The notes below the pieces were generated by a model. It saw only the letters and a program-made list of their open reading frames with translations, did no database searches and was not told the origin of the DNA. Of a stretch of DNA of 23,307 bases, positions 1-8,232 are shown piece by piece. Each line of letters starts with the position of its first letter. Position 1 is the stretch's first letter. The DNA is from Armatimonadota bacterium (GTDB lineage: Bacteria > Vulcanimicrobiota > JACPDS01 > JBDRKI01): positions 1 to 23,307 of the forward strand of contig JBDRKI010000020.1 in assembly GCA_043814095.1 (NCBI GenBank). The letters are read 5' to 3'. A program made the position numbers and the translations under genes.

Positions 1-24
1 GGGCAATCGGCCAAAAAATGGGTT

Positions 25-570
25 TGGCGCCCCCCCTTGGGGTTGACCCCCCCGTCTTGGGGCTTTTGGGGGGGGGGGCCAGACGGCTCCGCTTTGCGCC
101 AGCGGTAATTTGCACAATTACGAAAAAAGCACCTAACCGGCAATAAACTCCCTGACACTGTTTATTGCACAAATACGCTGGTGCATCCCCAAACGGCAAA
201 ATTTTCTTTTCCTCTCCCCGTTTTCACGGGGACAAGTTTTAATGGGGGCGCGCGGGAAATACAATTCTTGATTGGAAGAAAATTTTGCTGTTTGGGGGAG
301 CGGCTTTCCATTTTGGAAAGCCGCGGCGGAGCCGTTGGGCGGGGATCAATAGCGGTGCGAGGGTGCTTGCCAAAGGCAAAGTGCCCGAAGCCCGCGTCTA
401 TAGCGTCAGGGGAAGCCCGATGAAATTGGGCGACTGGGCGACCGCAGGGTGGGAGTCAGCGTCTCAGATCTTTCCTTTTACAGCCGTGAATGAGATTTGG
501 CAGGATTATCCGGATGGTTTGCAAATAAGGAGAGATCGGAGCCAATTTAAATCTATCAAACTTAGATTTT
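25..570 (+). other. Long structured non-coding element (candidate ncRNA or folded ssDNA element) containing a four-way junction
   Basis: Nested inverted repeats: 83-92/326-335 (10 bp perfect), 95-104/176-185, 140-148/160-168, 187-208/276-297 (22 bp, one G-U), 215-221/226-232, 300-310/314-324 (11 bp perfect), 361-371/375-386, 415-420/426-431, 467-477/527-537. The non-Watson-Crick pairs in these stems are G-U on the + strand. No convincing ORF. Confidence 0.6.
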
Positions 571-721
571 TGCATTTTGGAAGCAGGTTTTTTGTATAAT
601 CTCTTCGAATTATAAAATCAAATTACAAAACATATGTTCCTATCTCTAATGTTGAATGAAGAAAGCAAAATCCAATATCCGCGCCACCGACCCATTCGGA
701 TTTTTCTTTAAGGAGATGATA

Positions 722-2353
722 ATGAAAAAAATAATACTCGCCGCAGTTGTCCTCGTACTGGTAATTATAGTTTCGATCCCGGCCGCCCGTTCGATTATCA
801 GCCCTTCTTATACTTATGACTTCCTCATCAAGGACGGCCTGGTCTATGACGGCGGAAAAGATAAGCCGGAGATAAAAGATATCGGGATAAAAGGCGATAA
901 AATCACTGCTATAGACAAAGACCTGGCCGGATCGGCAAAAAAAACAATCGACGCGAAAGGGCTGATCGTCACGCCGGGATTCATTGATGTGCATAATCAT
1001 ACCGACCTCGCGCTCCTTATGGCCATCTTCTCCTCAGGCAAAAAAGACGATCTCTCGATGATCAATGACGCATGGCGGAACAACCATAATTACGCGACCC
1101 AAGGCGTTACTACCATTGTGACCGGGCTGTGCGGCGCGGGTTTCTGGGATACATCGCAGTGGCTAGAACTGGTTGATTTACAAAAATTCGCCGCCAACGT
1201 TTATCATCTTGTACCCTACGGCATGCTGCGCCAACAACTTTTTGGCAATAATCAACCGACTACTCTCACCAAAGAACAGCTTGAAAAGCTAAAAGGAATG
1301 GTTGAAAAAGAAATGCAAAACGGCGCGGTCGGCCTGACCGTCGGCTTGGAGTATGCCCCTACTTGTTTTAGCACTACGGATGAATTGGTTGAAATCGCGA
1401 AGGTGGTTAATAAATACGGCGGCCTTTACGACGCGCATATCCGGGACCAGACCGGGCCCGGAGAGTTAGCCGCAATCAAGGAGACTATCGAGATCGCCAA
1501 AAGGGCTAATATTCCCGTCCACATCTCACATATCCAGGTCAACCGCCCATGGAGCGATGTCACATCAAAACAGATGCTTAACCTGATCGAACAGGCTCAG
1601 GCCGAAGGCATTGATATCACGGCAGACCAACATCCTTATGAGGCGGGTTACGCTGTCCTCTCCTACCGCCTGCCGTCTAAGTATAAGACCGGCACCGGAG
1701 TAAATGAAAAATATAAAAACCCCGCGGGCAAAGCCGAAATGAGAAAAGAAGCTGAAAAGGTGTTTGCCTTCCTTCCGCCGGAAAATATCAGCCTCACTTC
1801 CGGCCCTGAAAAATATCTTAAAAAGAACATTAAGGAGATCGCGCAAATGGAAGGAAAAAGCCCGGAGGAAGTTTATGTCGATCTTTCCTGCATGGAGCCG
1901 GCGCCCTACGCGCTTTTCTTTGAGATCAATCATCAGATCAACCGCGAAATTATGCCACGCGATTATGTTTTTACCGCTTCCGACGGATTCACCGTATTTA
2001 AGTCCGAGGATTCGCCGCACCCCAGATTCTTCGGCTGTTTCCCGAGAAAGATAAATAAATACGCGCTGGAAGAGAATCTGTTAAGTTTACAGGACGCCAT
2101 CCGTTCCATGACCTCACTGCCGGCTAAAAAATTTAAATTGAAGGGCCGCGGGGAGATTAAAGTCGCTAACTATGCTGACATTGCGGTGATCGATCTTAAA
2201 AATTTCAAAGACAACTCGACTTATGCCGAACGCGGCCTTTATTCGGAAGGCGTTGCCTATCTGTTGGTGAACGGAGTCCTCTCGATCGATCAAGGCAAGC
2301 TTACCGGTAAACGAGGCGGACGCTCCAATCTGCTTAACAGTGAACAGCCATAA
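722..2353 (+). CDS. N-acyl-D-amino-acid deacylase (D-aminoacylase)-family amidohydrolase with N-terminal signal peptide or anchor
   Basis: Motifs PGFIDVHNHTD (HxHxD), GVTTIVTGLCG, AHIRD, HISH, ASDG, HPRFFGCFPR, MTSLPA, ADIAVID. AAGGAG at 710-715 favours ATG 722 (MKKIILAAVVLVLVIIVSIPAA) over the ORF-track start at 656. Confidence 0.9.
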   Translation: MKKIILAAVVLVLVIIVSIPAARSIISPSYTYDFLIKDGLVYDGGKDKPEIKDIGIKGDKITAIDKDLAGSAKKTIDAKGLIVTPGFIDVHNHTDLALLMAIFSSGKKDDLSMINDAWRNNHNYATQGVTTIVTGLCGAGFWDTSQWLELVDLQKFAANVYHLVPYGMLRQQLFGNNQPTTLTKEQLEKLKGMVEKEMQNGAVGLTVGLEYAPTCFSTTDELVEIAKVVNKYGGLYDAHIRDQTGPGELAAIKETIEIAKRANIPVHISHIQVNRPWSDVTSKQMLNLIEQAQAEGIDITADQHPYEAGYAVLSYRLPSKYKTGTGVNEKYKNPAGKAEMRKEAEKVFAFLPPENISLTSGPEKYLKKNIKEIAQMEGKSPEEVYVDLSCMEPAPYALFFEINHQINREIMPRDYVFTASDGFTVFKSEDSPHPRFFGCFPRKINKYALEENLLSLQDAIRSMTSLPAKKFKLKGRGEIKVANYADIAVIDLKNFKDNSTYAERGLYSEGVAYLLVNGVLSIDQGKLTGKRGGRSNLLNSEQP

Positions 2354-2624
2354 AACATAAAAATTTATTTTTTTATTGTCCGAAAATCTTGGAAAATTGG
2401 TTTGCAGATAAAAAACAGCCCCGCATCGTGTATGATGTTAGAACCTTTTTCCATAGAAAAAATGAATCGGTGAAAGTTCGCCGTATATTTTCATCTAGGC
2501 TAAGGTTGTTGCATCCAAAACACCGGCGGACGGCGGGAAAAATAGTAAAGGAATATTTTAAAATTTATTTAACTTAATAACATAATAAAAATTTTGGGAT
2601 CATTTTAATCACCGGGTGGCGAAA

Positions 2625-3560
2625 ATGTTTAAAAAACAGTACGAAAAACACTGGGAAACAAATCCTGTCCGCTTTCTTATTTTTATACTTCTTTTGATAT
2701 TTACTTTTGAAGCACTACTGATGCTGTTAATTAATTTTCTGCCGAATCTGTCGGTGTGGCAAAAAACATTTTTAAGTTCTTTTTTGTTAACTTCACTGCT
2801 GCTGCCGTTATTGTATTTTTTTGTATTGATTCCCATTAAAAACTTAATGGCCCAAAAAAGAACCGCCGCGCAGGAACTTGAAAAAGCACGGGAGGAATTC
2901 ACGACAATTTTGGTGCATGATTTAAAAAGCCCGTTATCGACAATTATGGGATTAACAGACCTTATAACTGAATCTATAGACAAGGAAAAGCATCCGGAAG
3001 TATTAGAACACATGGCAAGCATAGAGATATCCGTGGATACCATGTTTAATTTAATAAATAATATATTAACTCTTTCAAAAATAAAATCCGGAAAATTAAC
3101 TTATACATTTGAAAATTTCAATCCCGAGGATTTAATTAAAGAAATTTACCATACATTTAAGCCTTTGATTAAACTCAAAGAAATTAATTTTAACTTTTCC
3201 TGCTTAAAAGATTTTCAGATTTACGCGGACCGCGAAAAAACAATACATATATTATACAATCTTCTGAACAATGCCATCCGTTACACTCCATCGGGAGGAA
3301 CTATTAATATAACGTGTTGCAGGGAAAAAGATAAGGTTAATTTTGAAGTATCCGATACGGGAACAGGAATACCTGAATCCGAGAAAGAAAAAATATTTCA
3401 AAAATTTTCAGATAAATTTGAGAAAAAAGGCGGAAGCGGGCTCGGCCTTTTTATCGTAAAAAAATACCTGGAAGGCCACAGTTCCGATATCCGCTTTGAA
3501 TCCACGGAAGGCAAAGGCGCAAAATTTTTCTTCAGTTTGCCCGCGGCAAAAGAAGAATAG
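2625..3560 (+). CDS. Sensor histidine kinase (2 TM + HisKA + HATPase_c), orphan
   Basis: H-box LVHDLKSPL, N-box LYNLLNNAIRYT, G1 DTGTGI, G2 GGSGLGL, and two N-terminal hydrophobic helices. Start could be GTG 2616 or ATG 2625 (GGGTGG upstream). Confidence 0.9.
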   Translation: MFKKQYEKHWETNPVRFLIFILLLIFTFEALLMLLINFLPNLSVWQKTFLSSFLLTSLLLPLLYFFVLIPIKNLMAQKRTAAQELEKAREEFTTILVHDLKSPLSTIMGLTDLITESIDKEKHPEVLEHMASIEISVDTMFNLINNILTLSKIKSGKLTYTFENFNPEDLIKEIYHTFKPLIKLKEINFNFSCLKDFQIYADREKTIHILYNLLNNAIRYTPSGGTINITCCREKDKVNFEVSDTGTGIPESEKEKIFQKFSDKFEKKGGSGLGLFIVKKYLEGHSSDIRFESTEGKGAKFFFSLPAAKEE

Positions 3561-3668
3561 AGTACATCTTTGCATTTATCACAGCCACAAACAGCACATT
3601 TTCAGTCCATATATTCAATGGCTTTTTCCTTATCAACAGAGGCCCAAAAAAGGTCTTTTATGCCCTTT

Positions 3669-4466
3669 TCATTTCTTCGCAACATATAAATAATACAGCA
3701 CATCGGCTTTTAGGGTTTTGTTTTTAAACCTTTGTTTAAGTTCTTTCTTTAAAGAATTACGCTCCGCGCCGGTAATAGCTTTTCCCGCATAGGCGTTTTC
3801 TATCAAGGTTAAATTATAATCGTACGATAAATTTAAATCCGTAAAATCAATAACGGCTTTTTCTTTATGCAATATTGTTAAGTTATTTTCTTTAAGAAGC
3901 CCGTTTAATTCAGGGCCTATCCGGCTGTTTTTAATCTTATATTCAGAATCATAATCAATTACTTTTCTGACCAGGGATTTAGGAGATAAATTCAATCCCC
4001 TGTATTTTAAATCCGGCTCTATAAACGATAAAATACCGCCTTTTTTGGTAACCCGCTTAAGCTCCTTAATTACCTTGCCGGCGTCTTCCAAATAAAGCAG
4101 AACCCTTTCTTCCCTTGTAAAGTCAAAAATGTTGTTTTTAAATTTTAAATCGTTTATATCGCCAATCTCATATTTAATTTTAGGATTGCCGTAGTTCTTT
4201 TTGGCATATTTAATAAAATCTTTACTTATGTCAACCCCGTATACTTTTTTAACATTGCGCAGATTGCATAATTGAGCCGTTTCAAGCCCGAACCCGCAGG
4301 CGGCGTCTAAAATGCAAATGTCTTTACTTTTCGGGATAAAGCTTCTGCTTTTGCGTTTGAGTTTTTGCGCGTTTTTAAAAGCGCCGAAAACCCTAAGCGC
4401 GTCTACGTAAGAATCTAAATATTCTTTGTTTTTATTTAAATTTTCAAACTTTTTTAAATCAACCAT
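3669..4466 (-). CDS. Class I SAM-dependent methyltransferase
   Basis: Motif I ILDAACGFG, post-I GVDIS, GDINDLKF, FDF, ELKRVTKKGG. GGAG RBS 7 nt upstream of ATG 4466; GTG 4472 is an alternative start. Confidence 0.85.
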   Translation of the reverse strand: MVDLKKFENLNKNKEYLDSYVDALRVFGAFKNAQKLKRKSRSFIPKSKDICILDAACGFGLETAQLCNLRNVKKVYGVDISKDFIKYAKKNYGNPKIKYEIGDINDLKFKNNIFDFTREERVLLYLEDAGKVIKELKRVTKKGGILSFIEPDLKYRGLNLSPKSLVRKVIDYDSEYKIKNSRIGPELNGLLKENNLTILHKEKAVIDFTDLNLSYDYNLTLIENAYAGKAITGAERNSLKKELKQRFKNKTLKADVLYYLYVAKK

Positions 4467-4709
4467 CCGCACGCTCCCGTATATTTAACTTTATTATATC
4501 TTAACAAAAATATTCTATTTATTAAGTATTTTTCAATTAAAGTTTTAAATATCCTTGGCTTTTTTGTTGTTTTGTCTGTTGAACACGTTCAGAGCGTATG
4601 GACTTAAACACAAAAATAATAAAAATACAAGCCACTTTAGTACCTGATAAAAACATAGAAGGATATGTAGATATTGTAACTATAAAAATAATAAAATAGA
4701 AAGTATTCA

Positions 4710-4761
4710 TGAGGTCAGGTCTTAAATTTGGTATTTTTATTAAATCCAAGACCTGGCCTCA
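4710..4761. repeat. REP-like imperfect palindrome (TGAGGTCAGGTCTT-N24-AAGACCTGGCCTCA)
   Basis: 14-bp arms 4710-4723 and 4748-4761 with one T-G pair around an AT-rich interior. Lies just 3' of the minus-strand cupin gene. Confidence 0.6.
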
Positions 4762-4774
4762 CCATTTAAGAGAT

Positions 4775-5365
4775 TCAATCAGTAAGCTGCTCAATTACAA
4801 CCCTGGCATCCGGGTATTCTTTTATAAGTTGGGTGGAATCACCCTGCTCAAAGTCAAGAAAATCAAATCCCGGAGCAACGGTACATCCAACAAATGAAAA
4901 ATTACTGCCCGGGTTCGGGTATGCGCCGAACCAGTATCCAGCAGGAATCATATACTGAACTTTCTGCCCCTTCTTTATATCAGAACCTAAGACTATTTTT
5001 TCAACTTTACCTTCAAGATTTATCTGGACAATTGTTAGGGGTCCGCCCATATAAAAATGCCACATCTCATCTGATTTAATCCTGTGGAGCTTAGAAACAT
5101 CTCCTTCGGGGAGCAGAAAAAAAATAGCAGTGGAATAATTCCTGTCGCCACTATGCTCGGGCAGATCGTTTGCGGGTATACTTCCTTCTGACCTGTAAGT
5201 TTCTTTATAATACCCGCCCTCGGGATGGGGCTCGAGATTATAAGCCTGAACTAATTCTGATATAGTAATATGGCTGTTTTTTTCTAGTTTTGCTATGTAA
5301 TATATTCCATATATAATTCCTATAATTATTAAGACCGCTATCAGAAAGGTTAAATATTTTTTCAT
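4775..5365 (-). CDS. Cupin_5 (DUF985)-family protein with N-terminal transmembrane anchor
   Basis: LEPHPEGGYYKETYRS, STAIFFLL, HRIKSDEMWHFYMGGPL, VGCTVAPGFDF; AGGAGAG RBS; N-terminal LTFLIAVLIIIGIIYGIYYIA. Confidence 0.9.
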   Translation of the reverse strand: MKKYLTFLIAVLIIIGIIYGIYYIAKLEKNSHITISELVQAYNLEPHPEGGYYKETYRSEGSIPANDLPEHSGDRNYSTAIFFLLPEGDVSKLHRIKSDEMWHFYMGGPLTIVQINLEGKVEKIVLGSDIKKGQKVQYMIPAGYWFGAYPNPGSNFSFVGCTVAPGFDFLDFEQGDSTQLIKEYPDARVVIEQLTD

Positions 5366-5508
5366 AATATTATCTCTCCTTGCTTAAATATTTCATATAG
5401 GGCTATACAGAATATTTTCTATCTTATTTAAATATATCTTCCTTTTGAGAGAAGGAAATTAAGCTTAAATCAATGAATTTTAATATATTACTTAAAATTG
5501 AGGTTTTT

Positions 5509-6339
5509 ATGAGATTAAAATATTTAATAATTGTATTCTTACTGCTTTTTGCTTTTTCAGTTAATATCGCTTTACCCGATGAAACTCCTGACGGGCTCCC
5601 GTATAAAATATTTAAGCTAAAATATATAAAAGCAAAAGAAGTAGTTCCTATTATAAAGATGTTTATGTCCAAAGACGGCAGGATAGTTCCTGATGAGAGG
5701 CTTAATTCCATAATAGTTGCGGACCATGAGAAAAACCTTATCAAGATACAGGAGTACCTTGATAAAAACGATACTGCCCTGCCGAATGTCATGGTAAACG
5801 CGAAAATCGTCTCTGAAGAAGAACTTTCAAGAACAGGGATACTTATTAACTGGCAACTAACAAACAATTACTGGAGAGCCGCATTTTTGGGGCCGGGAAA
5901 TTATAATTTTGAGAATTCTCTGGAGGCTACCCTTCTTGTTATGAGCAGGCATGAGGGAAAGATAACAATTGGCAGAGATGTCCCCTACCCTCACTGGTTC
6001 TATGTATACACCCAGAACCAGGGATATATCCCCGCCACCACTGTTAAATTCTATAATGTTGATTCAGGTATTGTGGTTACTCCAAGAGTTATTGAAGGCA
6101 CGGATGAAGTAGAATTAACAGTATTTCCTTTTATAAGCTACCAGGCCGATAACAATATACCGGGAGTTGTCAAATACGGCGAGATTCAAACCGTTATAAA
6201 GGTTAAGAATGGACAAAGTGTTGTGCTGGGCGGCAGTAATCAAGGTAAAGACAATATAGTATCAACGGTATTAAACGGATCCATGAAAGAAAAAGGAAAA
6301 TCTAATTTTGTTGTTGTCCTGACAGCTACCATTAAATAA
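5509..6339 (+). CDS. Short secretin-like protein (one Secretin_N/NolW-type domain plus a reduced secretin-like beta-rich C-terminus)
   Basis: Signal peptide, then IFKLKYIKAKEVVPII..DERLNSIIVAD..IQEYLDKND..PNVMVNAKIV, followed by GKITIGRDVPY, VDSGIVVTPRV, QTVIKVKNGQSVVLGG. GAGGT RBS favours ATG 5509. Confidence 0.75.
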   Translation: MRLKYLIIVFLLLFAFSVNIALPDETPDGLPYKIFKLKYIKAKEVVPIIKMFMSKDGRIVPDERLNSIIVADHEKNLIKIQEYLDKNDTALPNVMVNAKIVSEEELSRTGILINWQLTNNYWRAAFLGPGNYNFENSLEATLLVMSRHEGKITIGRDVPYPHWFYVYTQNQGYIPATTVKFYNVDSGIVVTPRVIEGTDEVELTVFPFISYQADNNIPGVVKYGEIQTVIKVKNGQSVVLGGSNQGKDNIVSTVLNGSMKEKGKSNFVVVLTATIK

Positions 6340-6408
6340 TCTTTTGTATTTCAAGGATTTTTGGCGTTAAACCCGTAATATAGTATAATTAAAGCAGAGA
6401 GGTTATTT

Positions 6409-7383
6409 ATGCCTATAGATAAAGTACCCGGTTCAAATTACCCTTCTAAAAGAAACTATAGAAACGGCTTAAGAAAAGCTGCAGATAATATATATACAAC
6501 CGTTAAAAACACAATTAACCTGCCGGGGGCTAAGAGCATTACTGTAACCAAAGGAATTTTCAAAAGATCAAAATACAATTTAATTACCATTGACCCTAAA
6601 CATAATGAAGCGCTGGTATATATTGCCTCACAGAAACCCAATGCTAGCTTTGAAACAAAAAGGATTGATTTCGTGGCCGCTAAATATCCCGGTATTCATG
6701 TTGTTATAAACGGCACATTCTTTAATAATACCCCCGGGGGGGATTTCCAACCACTGGGACCGGTAATCTACAGGCAGGGAAAATACCAGTGGACTCCCAC
6801 AACCGTAAATTATCAGGGAATACCTGTTTATTCCTTTGACAGGCCATTTTTCGCGATTGATAAAAACCATCTGCCGGTAATACGGCAAAGCAAAGGCAAA
6901 CGCGCAGAAGACTTAAAAAAAGAAGGGTATCTGGAACTGCTCGGCGGAGGCGGCCCTTTAATCCAAAACGGAAAAATAATTGTCTCTAAAGAAACACTTG
7001 CCAAGGTCGGTATCTCTCCCCAGACACACCAGATGAACAGTACGCGCCAGAGAACATGTATCGGTATAAATAAAGAAGGTAAGATTTTAATCTGCACTTT
7101 CGGGCACCAGGGAAAACCTGGTTCTGTAAGAAGCGGAGTTACCCTGCAGAATCTTGCCCAATTCATGCTTGACCACGGCGCGAAAGACGCCATGTTTTTT
7201 GATTCCGGAACATCAACCGGATTATACCTGTCAGACGAGAAAACCAAAAGCACCGGTATCCCCAGGAGACAGCCCACTTATTTATTCTTTGTAGATAAGA
7301 AAACAGCAAAATATATTAAGGAACTGGAAGAAAGAAAAGAATTTAATATAAAGAAGCTAAAACTGTATAAAAAGAAAGATTAA
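6409..7383 (+). CDS. Phosphodiester glycosidase (NAGPA-domain) family protein
   Basis: VINGTFF, LGGGGPLIQNG, RTCIGINKEGKILI, GVTLQNLAQFM..GAKDAMFFDSGTSTGLY (variant of LDGGGS). GAGAGG RBS. Confidence 0.8.
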   Translation: MPIDKVPGSNYPSKRNYRNGLRKAADNIYTTVKNTINLPGAKSITVTKGIFKRSKYNLITIDPKHNEALVYIASQKPNASFETKRIDFVAAKYPGIHVVINGTFFNNTPGGDFQPLGPVIYRQGKYQWTPTTVNYQGIPVYSFDRPFFAIDKNHLPVIRQSKGKRAEDLKKEGYLELLGGGGPLIQNGKIIVSKETLAKVGISPQTHQMNSTRQRTCIGINKEGKILICTFGHQGKPGSVRSGVTLQNLAQFMLDHGAKDAMFFDSGTSTGLYLSDEKTKSTGIPRRQPTYLFFVDKKTAKYIKELEERKEFNIKKLKLYKKKD

Positions 7384-7404
7384 AATAATAAAGGGGCTTT
7401 TCTG

Positions 7405-8232
7405 TTGTTTAAAAAATATTCATTATCTTTTTTAATAATATTCGGCCTTCTGCTTTTTATGCAGCAGGCTGATATAGTTTATGCCCAAAACAAAACAGGC
7501 GCATTTGCCGAACATTACCGTTTCTCCATACCTGACAGTTTAAAACAGCATTACAACCTATTAAGAAAAGAATATTATTATGATTATGCCCAGAAAAGAA
7601 AACAGGGAGATCTAAGATATTATGTGGCAATGGTACTGCATGATATAGGTGTTCTGAAATGGGAAGAATGCGATAATTATAAAAAGAAATACGGTGTAAT
7701 GTGTAATCAGATATCAAGGGAGAAACTCCATTCAATCCTTCATTATATATATTCTAATTATCCCGGTTCCTGCAAAGCCGAACAGATTTTTAACTATGTT
7801 AAAGCAATCGTGCCGTATAAAGGAGAAAAAGGCGATTATCCGAGATTCCCGGTTGAAACAATGTATTATCACGGGGGCGACTGCGAAGATTCAGCAGCAG
7901 CTGTAGCGGCGTTATTGAAAATAGCTGGATACACAACCGGCCTTTATACCATACATGATTACAAAAATAATATTCATCACTGTGTATGTGTGTGCAAGGT
8001 CCCTGAATCTATTGAAGGCGATAAATGGAGAATAAAAGAGTATTACGACTGGGGACACTGCTGGCTTATACTTGATCCTGCTTATCATCACATGTTCGGA
8101 TATAATCCGTCATGGGTAAAAAGCTATCTGGAAAAAGGTAATTTCTTTTCAATTCCGGATGAAGCGGCAAACTGCCTTTTAATAGATTATAATACTTATA
8201 AAACTCACTGTAAAAAGATGGATCAAAAATAA
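7405..8232 (+). CDS. Secreted transglutaminase-like (Cys-His-Asp) domain protein
   Basis: Signal peptide ending VYA-Q; YPRFPVET..GGDCEDSAAAVAALL..GY, HHCVCV, WLILDPA. TTG start with AGGGG RBS. Confidence 0.75.
   Translation: MFKKYSLSFLIIFGLLLFMQQADIVYAQNKTGAFAEHYRFSIPDSLKQHYNLLRKEYYYDYAQKRKQGDLRYYVAMVLHDIGVLKWEECDNYKKKYGVMCNQISREKLHSILHYIYSNYPGSCKAEQIFNYVKAIVPYKGEKGDYPRFPVETMYYHGGDCEDSAAAVAALLKIAGYTTGLYTIHDYKNNIHHCVCVCKVPESIEGDKWRIKEYYDWGHCWLILDPAYHHMFGYNPSWVKSYLEKGNFFSIPDEAANCLLIDYNTYKTHCKKMDQK

Noticed and set aside
181-599. ORFs 181-423 and 285-599
   Set aside because: No RBS and no recognisable motifs; they overlie the inverted-repeat region, which better explains the sequence.
656-721. 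ORF-track N-terminal extension of the amidohydrolase (likewise the track starts at 5473, 12021 and 17688)
   Set aside because: Downstream ATGs have clear RBSs and put signal peptides or domain starts at the N-terminus.
4537-4897. ORFs 4537-4749 (-), 4709-4897 (+) and a 33-aa frame at 4598-4699 (+)
   Set aside because: Low-complexity AT-rich sequence with no convincing RBS. The first two cross the palindrome or the cupin gene; the third may be a gene remnant but has no support.
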